Shown: piece by piece, positions 1 to 7,070 of the stretch
How the letters are laid out: the number at the start of each line of letters is the position of its first letter
Position numbering within the stretch: position 1 is the first letter of the stretch
IMG/VR virus record: IMGVR_UViG_3300024346_000020
Strand: one strand, 5' to 3'
Length of the DNA: 23,259 nucleotides
Origin: a virus
Lineage: Duplodnaviria > Heunggongvirae > Uroviricota > Caudoviricetes
The notes under the pieces: generated by a model
Told to the model about the DNA's origin: nothing
Database searches by the model: none
The model's input: the letters and a program-made list of their open reading frames with translations, nothing else
Translations under genes and position numbers: made by a program

Positions 1-2
1 GT

Positions 3-104
3 ATGTATTATGAACTATTAAGAAAAAGAGAAAAGATTACTGATATGCTTTTGAAGATAGAGAATAGAAAGAGAAAAATAGAAAAACTATTATGCAAAAT
101 ATAG
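3..104 (+). CDS. 3' end of a gene entering the window (or a 33-aa ORF), hypothetical; ends ...NRKRKIEKLLCKI
   Basis: Hand translation from position 3: MYYELLRKREKITDMLLKIENRKRKIEKLLCKI-TAG (102-104); overlaps the next ATG at 92; carries the R-x-x-K-I-x-x-L-L motif seen in neighbours. Not in the supplied ORF track. Confidence 0.55.
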   Translation: MYYELLRKREKITDMLLKIENRKRKIEKLLCKI

Positions 105-418
105 AAGATAGATTTGAAATGGGAGATAGTGTTGTTTGTATAAAACAATATGAAACTCTAAAACCAAAAAGTCACTACAAGATAAAAGGTTGTGGTGACT
201 TAGAGTGGAATATGGCCACTGATAAAAAAGGTTATGGATTCTGTATTGAAGATGAATTTTTTGGTTCTGATAAGAAAGATTGGTGGAAGAAACCATACTC
301 AGAAAGAGTTAAATGGTATTACTTTACATTAGAAGAAATGAATGAGTTATTTATTACACAAGCAGAAGATTATGTAACATATACAAGAGATATAAAATTA
401 AAAGAATTAGGAATATGA
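92..418 (+). CDS. Hypothetical protein, 108 aa, C-terminal RDIKLKELGI motif
   Basis: ORF track; ATGA overlap with next gene; N-terminal FEMGDSVVCIK resembles small SH3-like phage domains (inference). Confidence 0.8.
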   Translation: MQNIEDRFEMGDSVVCIKQYETLKPKSHYKIKGCGDLEWNMATDKKGYGFCIEDEFFGSDKKDWWKKPYSERVKWYYFTLEEMNELFITQAEDYVTYTRDIKLKELGI

Positions 419-1032
419 TAGATATATTTGGTAATGTACCAATTGACTTAACGAAAATTACTTGTCATTCTGGTGGTGCAATTGGTAGTGATACTTATTT
501 TGAAAACATTGGAGCTAACTATGGAGTAAAAACTAAAGCTTATTCTTATAAAACAAAGTATCATACTACTGATAATAAAGTAGAAATTAGTGATACTGAC
601 TATGAAGAAGGAGTAAAAGCAATTCAGATTGCTAATAAAACTTTAGGTAGATTTGGTATTCACAGATTTATGAACTTGTTAGCAAGAAATTGGTCACAAG
701 TAAAGTATTCTGATGAAGTATTTGCCATTGGAACTATTGTGGCAGCCGGTAAAAAAGGTTCAAAAGGATTTTATAATAAGTCACAATTTGAAGTAGTTGA
801 TGGTGGTACTGGTTATGCGGTTCAAATGGCAGTTGATAATCAAAAAATAGTTTATGTTTTTGATCAAGACAAAGATAAATGGTTTAGATGGTCATATACG
901 TCATTATCGTTTAGAGAGTTGAAGGACACACCAGTTATTACAAGTGAAAATTTTGCTGGAATTGGAACAAGAGAAATAAAACCAAATGGTATTTTAGCAA
1001 TACAAGAGGTCTATAATTTAACATTTAATTAA
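415..1032 (+). CDS. SLOG (SMF/DprA-LOG) superfamily Rossmann-like nucleotide-binding protein
   Basis: HSGGAIGSD glycine loop, LARN, DGGTGYAVQMA and FAGIGTR motifs match recalled SLOG/YpsA-like signatures; not HMM-verified. Confidence 0.6.
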   Translation: MIDIFGNVPIDLTKITCHSGGAIGSDTYFENIGANYGVKTKAYSYKTKYHTTDNKVEISDTDYEEGVKAIQIANKTLGRFGIHRFMNLLARNWSQVKYSDEVFAIGTIVAAGKKGSKGFYNKSQFEVVDGGTGYAVQMAVDNQKIVYVFDQDKDKWFRWSYTSLSFRELKDTPVITSENFAGIGTREIKPNGILAIQEVYNLTFN

Positions 1033-1035
1033 AAC

Positions 1036-1407
1036 ATGGAAAAAGTAATTATTGAAATGACACCTTTTATATTTGAAGATGGTAATACCTACTACTTTCA
1101 AATCTTTAATAGACCGAGTACTAATGATTATCAAAACTTATATGTTTATGAAAAGAAAATAACTACTAAAAAGTCTTTTTGGGGTAAGGAAACAATCAAA
1201 GAAGATTTTATTCAATTAAATGAACGTGCAGAATTGGTAGATTACCGATTACGTACAGATGAAATAAAACATAGTATTAAAAAGATACTAACTGGTACAA
1301 AAGCAGAATATCTAATAAAAGACTGGGATGGATTTGTTGGTAATATACCAGACAATGTTAAAAAAGCATTATTAAGAGATAATAAATTAAAAGATTTAGG
1401 ATTGTAA
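1036..1407 (+). CDS. Hypothetical protein, 123 aa, C-terminal RDNKLKDLGL motif
   Basis: ORF track; TAATG overlap with next gene. Confidence 0.8.
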   Translation: MEKVIIEMTPFIFEDGNTYYFQIFNRPSTNDYQNLYVYEKKITTKKSFWGKETIKEDFIQLNERAELVDYRLRTDEIKHSIKKILTGTKAEYLIKDWDGFVGNIPDNVKKALLRDNKLKDLGL

Positions 1408-1838
1408 TGAAAAAATCAGCAGGTATAATAATAATTTTAAATAACACAAAAATACTTCTTTCACATGCCACTAATGCAAGATGGGAGAAAACTTTCTCAT
1501 TTCCTAAAGGAGGAATTGAAAAAGATGAAAAACGAATAGTCGCTGCAATTAGAGAATTAGCAGAAGAAACTTCTATTGTAATCACTAGAGAGCAAATTAG
1601 TAATAAAGAAGAACCTATTGTAGTAAATTATGTAGATAAATATGGTGAGAACTATAAGAGATTATACTTATACACCATTTATATAGAAGATATTTCTGAA
1701 ATTGGTTTAGAAAGTGAAATTGTACCTGTTGAAAATCTTCAAGCAGATGAATTAGATTGGTGTGGTTTTCTAACAAAAGAAGAAGCTAAGGATAAAATAT
1801 TTAATAGAGTAGAACATCTATTAGATTTAATCATATAA
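1407..1838 (+). CDS. Nudix hydrolase
   Basis: Nudix box G-GIEKD-E-KRIVAAI-RELAEETSI (G-x5-E-x7-REUxEE; final Gly replaced by Ser), preceded by FPKG. Confidence 0.9.
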   Translation: MKKSAGIIIILNNTKILLSHATNARWEKTFSFPKGGIEKDEKRIVAAIRELAEETSIVITREQISNKEEPIVVNYVDKYGENYKRLYLYTIYIEDISEIGLESEIVPVENLQADELDWCGFLTKEEAKDKIFNRVEHLLDLII

Positions 1839-1852
1839 CAAATAAAATTGTT

Positions 1853-2185
1853 ATGAGAGAAGTAAATTTAGATAATCCAATTTTTGCTTTCTATGTAAGT
1901 GTTGAAGGAATGTCAAGACAAAGTGCTGCACAGCATTTAGCAGAATTTAAAAATCAACTTAGTTATGATAATATAACTACTTGGATAATACCAGTTCAAG
2001 GAGAAAGCAAAGTAGAATGTGTTTATCCAGGTAAAAGTATGTATAATACACCTGAGTTAGAAAATTTGATAAAAGAAATAAATGAAAGAATTGAATTGTT
2101 CGCAGATTCAGATTCATTTGAAGATTTTAAGATAAATATAAGAGATTGGAGAATAGGAAAAATTTTCAATGAGAGCAATAAATAA
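1853..2185 (+). CDS. Hypothetical protein, 110 aa, near-C-terminal RDWRIGKIF motif
   Basis: ORF track, co-oriented in operon. Confidence 0.75.
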   Translation: MREVNLDNPIFAFYVSVEGMSRQSAAQHLAEFKNQLSYDNITTWIIPVQGESKVECVYPGKSMYNTPELENLIKEINERIELFADSDSFEDFKINIRDWRIGKIFNESNK

Positions 2186-2522
2186 AACATACGAGGATAA
2201 ACTTTTTAGATCAGAAGTAAAAATGGAAACTACCATGTGGTGGGACTATTATTACTACGATACTTCTTGGGAGCATGATGATTATTATGACTTTGGTTAT
2301 AATAAATCTGCCGATGGAAACCTACATCTTTTACCTAACTTAGATTATATTCATAGTAAAGGAAGAAAAATGTATCACGCAGTTGATATGGAATCTTTCT
2401 ACTCTAAAGAAGTTATGAGAGAAAAACGAATAAATGATTTACTAGGATTACCTGGTGGAACAGTAAGAACTGAAAAACCAACACTAGGAGATTTAATTAG
2501 AAAAGATGTACGTAACTCCTAA
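2169..2522 (+). CDS. Hypothetical protein with aromatic/acidic patch (WWDYYYYDTSWEHDDYYDFGY) and REKRINDLL motif; true start may be a downstream Met
   Basis: ORF track; overlaps both neighbours. Confidence 0.7.
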   Translation: MRAINKTYEDKLFRSEVKMETTMWWDYYYYDTSWEHDDYYDFGYNKSADGNLHLLPNLDYIHSKGRKMYHAVDMESFYSKEVMREKRINDLLGLPGGTVRTEKPTLGDLIRKDVRNS

Positions 2523-2922
2523 TCATATAAAAGAATTAAAAGAAAATGAGATCTTCGTTTTCGGTAGTAACCGTCAAGGTCGCCACGGAAAAGGTGCTGC
2601 TTTAACTGCTAGAAATAAGTTTGGTGCGATATACGGACAATCTGAAGGACTTCAAGGTCAATCATATGCTATAATAACAAAAGAACTACGAAAAGAGTAT
2701 CAACCGGTAAGTTTAGGTGAGATTAAACTGGGTGTTGATACTTTTATTCAGTTTGCCAAAGATAATAAACATCTAACATTCTATGTAGTTGAGTTAGGTT
2801 GTAACTTAGCTTATTTTACAGTAGAGGAAGTTGCACCTCTTTTTAAATCTGCAATGAAATTAAGAAACATTTATTTACCTGAAAGATTTTTAAACAATTT
2901 ACAAACAGGGTTTATAATATGA
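2506..2922 (+). CDS. A1S_2505-family phage protein (macro-domain-like, putative ADP-ribose related)
   Basis: IFVFGSNRQGRHGKGAA...FGAIYG..EGLQGQSYAI pattern matches the recalled family signature; the macro-like relationship is an inference. Confidence 0.65.
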   Translation: MYVTPNHIKELKENEIFVFGSNRQGRHGKGAALTARNKFGAIYGQSEGLQGQSYAIITKELRKEYQPVSLGEIKLGVDTFIQFAKDNKHLTFYVVELGCNLAYFTVEEVAPLFKSAMKLRNIYLPERFLNNLQTGFII

Positions 2923-3353
2923 ATAAAGAACAATTAAAGGAACTGATTGAAAAAGAAGGCGACACATTACTATGGAGTTATACTTGTAGTAATGGTGTCA
3001 TTATTGATTGTTCTATTCATAGAAATGGATTAAAAGCTTTATGTGGATATATTACTTTGACACAAGATAGTTCTTTATATGGAGTTGATTATGATGAACT
3101 TAATATAAGAGCACATGGCGGTCTAACATACAATTCATATGATGATAATAATAACTGGGTAATTGGATTTGATTGTGCACATCATGGAGATTTAACACCT
3201 TATTTTTTATTAGATGAAGATAGTGTCTTTGGATTAAGTGGCACTTATAGAGATATGGAGTACGTAAAATCAGAGTGTGAAAAACTAGCAGAACAAGCTT
3301 CAAAATTTAGTAAATCAATAGTAAGATATAATAAAATTAGTCAAATTATTTAA
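2919..3353 (+). CDS. Conserved phage hypothetical protein (CGY...HGGLTY...GFDCAH motifs), C-terminal RYNKISQII motif
   Basis: Motifs visible in the translation; Cys/His residues suggest metal binding (inference). Confidence 0.75.
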   Translation: MNKEQLKELIEKEGDTLLWSYTCSNGVIIDCSIHRNGLKALCGYITLTQDSSLYGVDYDELNIRAHGGLTYNSYDDNNNWVIGFDCAHHGDLTPYFLLDEDSVFGLSGTYRDMEYVKSECEKLAEQASKFSKSIVRYNKISQII

Positions 3354-3364
3354 AATAATTTTTG

Positions 3365-3372
3365 TATATTTG
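3365..3372 (+). promoter_or_regulatory. Bacteroidota-type primary-sigma -7 element TAnnTTTG (TATATTTG)
   Basis: Intergenic, 16 nt before ATG 3389; matches the established Bacteroides/Flavobacterium -7 consensus; no clear -33 TTG. Confidence 0.55.
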
Positions 3373-3388
3373 TAGAAATATAAACACT

Positions 3389-3493
3389 ATGTACTACGAT
3401 TTAGAAAATTACTCTGCTGAACAAGCATACTATTTATTACAAATGTATAATGACTTTATTGAGTCAGAATTACTACAAGAACTTAACAATTAA
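3389..3493 (+). CDS. Small hypothetical protein, 34 aa (MYYDLENYSAEQAYYLLQMYNDFIESELLQELNN)
   Basis: Hand translation; lies just after the TAnnTTTG element and ends 1 nt before ATG 3495. Below the ORF-track length cutoff. Confidence 0.55.
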   Translation: MYYDLENYSAEQAYYLLQMYNDFIESELLQELNN

Positions 3494-3494
3494 A

Positions 3495-4103
3495 ATGGAA
3501 GACGGAGATATGGTTGGATACACTTACACTGAGATACCCTCAGATTTTTCACCTTTGAGTGAAATTAGAAACTTAAAAATTAGATTGATTACCGAAGACG
3601 TAAAGTTTAAGGTTTTTGAAAATAACTTTGATAGATATGAAAGTTATTTAAGATTTATAGGTGATCAATATCCAGATGCAATTATCTCTGGGTCATTAGC
3701 ATTGAATTTATATTCTCTAATAAATAGAGAGATTAAAGATATTGATTTAATTGTAGATCAAAGACCTACCGGAGGATTTCATAGAGATAGATATGGGGAT
3801 GAAAACATTCCTGTAAACTCTGAAAGACTTGGTTATCAATATATCACAGAAGATTTCAGTTGGAGACGTATTTTTAATAAAAGACAAACTTTTAATGTAG
3901 ATTTCTTCTTAGATAATAATGATAAAGTAAAGTATAATACATTTACTTTTAACAAGAAAACTTATAAGATACAAGACCCCGTTCAAATTATTGAGCAAAA
4001 ACTAGAAATGGTAAATAATGCCGAGAACCATATGTTTGAAAGTAAAAGAAAACACAATAAAGACTTATTTGTGTTCTTTAAGAATTTCAACTGGAAAAAT
4101 TAA
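3495..4103 (+). CDS. Pol-beta-superfamily nucleotidyltransferase-like protein
   Basis: IISGSLAL...REIKDIDLIV (hG[GS]...DhD) and a later VDFF third acidic residue. Start moved from 3450 to 3495 because of the upstream 34-aa ORF. Confidence 0.65.
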   Translation: MEDGDMVGYTYTEIPSDFSPLSEIRNLKIRLITEDVKFKVFENNFDRYESYLRFIGDQYPDAIISGSLALNLYSLINREIKDIDLIVDQRPTGGFHRDRYGDENIPVNSERLGYQYITEDFSWRRIFNKRQTFNVDFFLDNNDKVKYNTFTFNKKTYKIQDPVQIIEQKLEMVNNAENHMFESKRKHNKDLFVFFKNFNWKN

Positions 4104-4144
4104 GGCGATTATATTATATAGTTTATCATGATGTTGCATAAATA

Positions 4145-5062
4145 TCAAATCATATGTGTACAAATTTCATCCAACCATCCATTTCTGGATGAAATTTGAT
4201 ATGCACTTCTATTTTTTTTTTGAAACTCACTTCTACTATTATATTCAATCGCCATAACTTGACATCTTTCTTTTGTCCAATAACCTTTAGGCTTTATCTT
4301 TATATATTTCATATGTGAACATATTTCATCTAACCACTTATTCTTCTGTGATGCAGCATAGCCACCAGGGAATTTTTTTGAAAACTCTATCCTACTTTTA
4401 CATGAAAGTGCAAATTCGACACATTTCTCTTTTGTCCAGTAATTAAATACATTTTTACTTCTATTCATATGGATACATATTTCATCTAACCATTTACTTC
4501 TAACTGCTGCTCTATAAGATAAACTACCCTCTCTATAAGAACAAATATCATTATATTTTAATGCTTCTTCTTGACATCTTTCTTTTGTCCACTTTGTCTT
4601 GCCTCCACCCAATGCACCTGTTTTTACACTATTTAATATTTTCCATCCATTAGTAATATAACTCTCCAAAAACTCTTTTTCTTTAATAATTGCCAACTCA
4701 TTTGATATATAATCAGTCAGTATACTAAATATTGGTAAATTACCTGTTTTTAAAATATGTTTCTTAACTGGTCCTCTCTTAGTATGTTGTTTTTTACGTT
4801 CTTCTATATTATAAGTTAAACCAACATATACATAATTATCATTAAACTCATAAGAATATATACATCTATTATAGTGATTACCTATAATAGTCATATGACA
4901 ACAAATATCATCTAACCATTTACAATCCCACGCCTTACAATATGCAGCAAGACTATTTTTATTAAATTCACTTCTTGTTTTATATTTCAATGCTTCTTCA
5001 AGGCATTTTTCTTTTGTCCAATAGTTTTTAGGATTTCTTTTCTTAACCAAAATATCTTTCAT
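4145..5062 (-). CDS. Free-standing GIY-YIG-family (homing) endonuclease with four ~45-aa WTKExC...WLDEIC.HM repeats
   Basis: CIYSYEF...YVYVGLTYNIEERKKQH = GIY-YIG motif with R and H; one repeat N-terminal and three C-terminal to the nuclease domain; antisense to flanking genes. Confidence 0.8.
   Translation of the reverse strand: MKDILVKKRNPKNYWTKEKCLEEALKYKTRSEFNKNSLAAYCKAWDCKWLDDICCHMTIIGNHYNRCIYSYEFNDNYVYVGLTYNIEERKKQHTKRGPVKKHILKTGNLPIFSILTDYISNELAIIKEKEFLESYITNGWKILNSVKTGALGGGKTKWTKERCQEEALKYNDICSYREGSLSYRAAVRSKWLDEICIHMNRSKNVFNYWTKEKCVEFALSCKSRIEFSKKFPGGYAASQKNKWLDEICSHMKYIKIKPKGYWTKERCQVMAIEYNSRSEFQKKNRSAYQISSRNGWLDEICTHMI
4258..4591. repeat. Identical 22-nt direct repeat CTTGACATCTTTCTTTTGTCCA (4258-4279, 4570-4591) underlying the endonuclease repeats
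   Basis: Read directly; encodes WTKERCQ in two repeats. TCATCTAACCA (WLD[ED]) also recurs in three repeats. Confidence 0.85.
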
Positions 5063-5082
5063 AAACGGAACTAATTTTATTA

Positions 5083-5092
5083 TATATATTAA
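5083..5092 (-). promoter_or_regulatory. TTAATATATA motif (putative phage late/middle promoter) 20 nt before the endonuclease ATG
   Basis: Exact copy of a motif recurring in intergenic positions across the window. Confidence 0.55.
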
Positions 5093-5103
5093 ATATTTAT
5101 CCT

Positions 5104-5111
5104 TACCTTTG
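5104..5111 (+). promoter_or_regulatory. Bacteroidota-type -7 element TACCTTTG
   Basis: 15 nt before ATG 5127; matches TAnnTTTG. Confidence 0.6.
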
Positions 5112-5126
5112 TAAAAATATTTATCT

Positions 5127-5765
5127 ATGGCAAAATACTCAAACTACCGTTACATTTTTCCTCCCAGACCTCGTAATGCCATAATGTCTAGTGATTTAGA
5201 CTTTTGGGATAATGGTACTTTACTTTGTCAGTGTAAGTTGAATGGGTCAAACTGTACCATTTACACTAATGGTGAAAAAAACATTGTAATGAATAGACAC
5301 AATGGTAGACTTACAAACTTTCAAATTACCGATGAAGAGATAAAATCTATGTACCGTGGAAATGGTGAGTGGATGGTAATCAACGGTGAGTATCTCAATA
5401 AAAGCAAAAGTGATGAAAATCGTAAAGTTTTCAATCACAAGTTTGTTATCTTTGATATTCTTGTTTTAGATGGTGATTCTTTAGTAGGAAAAACTTTTGA
5501 AGAAAGAGTTGTTTTACTTGACAAATTGTATGGTACAAAATCTTGTGAGAAATCTTACTTATACGGTATTTCAGAGAACATTTATAGAGTGAAGTCTTAT
5601 ACATCAAACTTTTTAGATTTGTATAATGATTTAGTAGAAATTGATATGATCGAAGGCTTGGTAATGAAACGTAGATCAGCTCGTTTAGAAGCAGGTACTT
5701 CTGAGTTGAATAATGTTAAATCTCAAATTAAATGTAGAAAACCTACCAAGAATTATAGATATTAG
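5127..5765 (+). CDS. Ligase/capping-enzyme-superfamily adenylation (nucleotidyltransferase) domain, stand-alone, no OB fold
   Basis: Motifs I (KLNGSN), III (INGEY), IIIa (VIFDIL), IV (EGLVMK) and V (IKCRK) occur in order; protein ends 7 aa after motif V. Confidence 0.8.
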   Translation: MAKYSNYRYIFPPRPRNAIMSSDLDFWDNGTLLCQCKLNGSNCTIYTNGEKNIVMNRHNGRLTNFQITDEEIKSMYRGNGEWMVINGEYLNKSKSDENRKVFNHKFVIFDILVLDGDSLVGKTFEERVVLLDKLYGTKSCEKSYLYGISENIYRVKSYTSNFLDLYNDLVEIDMIEGLVMKRRSARLEAGTSELNNVKSQIKCRKPTKNYRY

Positions 5766-5768
5766 AAC

Positions 5769-5778
5769 TTAATATATA
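5769..5778 (+). promoter_or_regulatory. TTAATATATA motif 20 nt before TTG start 5799
   Basis: Exact intergenic copy. Confidence 0.55.
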
Positions 5779-5798
5779 AGAAAAACTAATATAATAAA

Positions 5799-6293
5799 TT
5801 GAAACATTTAAAAAGATTTAATGAATCTAGTGATTATGATTGGGAATTAGAAAGAGACGATTATCAAGATTTTTGTGATACTTATTTAGCTTACTTAACA
5901 GATGAAGATTTCAAAGTAACTTTAACAAACTTCGATAAACATAGAAAAACTATTTACATTCTTAAAGAAGGTGAAAAAGGTGGCTGGCTTTATAATCCAG
6001 ATGTAAGAGCTAATGCAACTTTTGAATGGGATGAAATTAAAGATTCATTTATTCCATTTCTAACATTATTAGAAAGAAAATGTGAAGGTACTTATTACTT
6101 AGGTGATGTAGATTCATCTGTGTTTTTTCCTCCGGGAACAATGGGAAAAGGTAACTTAATTCTATTTAATCATGAGTTAGATGGTAAATCAAAGTATGAC
6201 TATGTACCACTACAAGATTTACTGGATGATAAAGTAGATTTTATTGAAATCACATCAATTCAAATCACATTGAATATACTACCAAAAAAATAA
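5799..6293 (+). CDS. Hypothetical acidic protein, 164 aa, N-terminus MKHLKRFNES (TTG start)
   Basis: ORF track; N-terminus resembles a capsid-targeting-like peptide (inference). Confidence 0.75.
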   Translation: MKHLKRFNESSDYDWELERDDYQDFCDTYLAYLTDEDFKVTLTNFDKHRKTIYILKEGEKGGWLYNPDVRANATFEWDEIKDSFIPFLTLLERKCEGTYYLGDVDSSVFFPPGTMGKGNLILFNHELDGKSKYDYVPLQDLLDDKVDFIEITSIQITLNILPKK

Positions 6294-6300
6294 AAATAAT

Positions 6301-6873
6301 ATGGACAAATTTTCAACATTAAAACCAAAAGAAGAGTTTAAAACAGATAAAGAAGAACCAGTTTATCAAGATAAACATATGTCAGTCATTAAATTTGAGG
6401 ACTGGTCGATTGTAAGACATAAAGATTATGTTGTTTGTATTCCATACTTAATAGAGTCAAATCAAGTCATTTTAAGATACGAATACATCCCAACATTCAA
6501 ATATACAGACGGACAGGAATATCACCTTACATTAGTCGGTGGTGGCACAGAAGAAGGTGAATCACATGATTTAGCAATCACAAGAGAACTTGAGGAAGAA
6601 GCAGGTATTGTTTTGAGAGAAGATTTTGAACTAGAAGCTCTGAGACCTTTGTTTTTAACTAAGATGAATGCTAATAAAGTTTACCCTTATATTATTCCTC
6701 TTCACAATAAAGATTTTGAGGAAATTGTACCAAAAGGAGACGGAACAAAACACGAAGCAATATCTAAATCAGTAAAAGTAGATATTAAACAATTGAAAAA
6801 TATTCAAGCATCCGATTTAATAACTGATTATATTTTATTGAAACTAAAAGAATATATGAACTTACAAAAATAA
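6301..6873 (+). CDS. Nudix hydrolase (ADP-ribose pyrophosphatase-like architecture)
   Basis: Canonical Nudix box G-GTEEG-E-SHDLAIT-RELEEEAGI; N-terminal extension and VILRYEY segment resemble NudF/NudE-type enzymes (substrate is inference). Confidence 0.85.
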   Translation: MDKFSTLKPKEEFKTDKEEPVYQDKHMSVIKFEDWSIVRHKDYVVCIPYLIESNQVILRYEYIPTFKYTDGQEYHLTLVGGGTEEGESHDLAITRELEEEAGIVLREDFELEALRPLFLTKMNANKVYPYIIPLHNKDFEEIVPKGDGTKHEAISKSVKVDIKQLKNIQASDLITDYILLKLKEYMNLQK

Positions 6874-6879
6874 TTAAAA

Positions 6880-7035
6880 GTGAAAAAAGAAATATACTTT
6901 ATATTACTTTATGTAACATCAAAAATTTTAAATAAACTAATCAAATTACGTTGGTTTAATCTAGCACAATATGTAATAGATTTTAGAAAAAGATTTGTTA
7001 TAGTTAAGTTAAGAGAAATAGTAAAACCATCTTAA
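6880..7035 (+). CDS. Possible small basic/hydrophobic protein, 51 aa (GTG start; MKKEIYFILLYVTSKILNKLIKLRWFNLAQYVIDFRKRFVIVKLREIVKPS)
   Basis: Hand translation; fills the gap after the Nudix gene, with its TAA in the terminator loop. Not in the ORF track. Confidence 0.45.
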   Translation: MKKEIYFILLYVTSKILNKLIKLRWFNLAQYVIDFRKRFVIVKLREIVKPS

Positions 7036-7047
7036 TTGATGGTTTTA
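7022..7047. terminator. Bidirectional intrinsic terminator TAAAACCATC-TTAATT-GATGGTTTTA
   Basis: Perfect 10-bp inverted repeat between convergent genes. Confidence 0.8.
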
Positions 7048-7070
7048 TTCTATAGCTGTTATTAGTTTAA

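Noticed and set aside
385-1409. AGGA within the tag-encoding DNA as a Shine-Dalgarno explanation for the motif
   Set aside because: Spacing to the next ATG is inconsistent (2 vs 5 nt), and other copies lack AGGA while keeping the amino-acid pattern.
3450-3494. Track start at 3450 for the nucleotidyltransferase
   Set aside because: It overlaps a clean 34-aa ORF behind a host-type promoter whose stop lies 1 nt before ATG 3495, a more parsimonious start.
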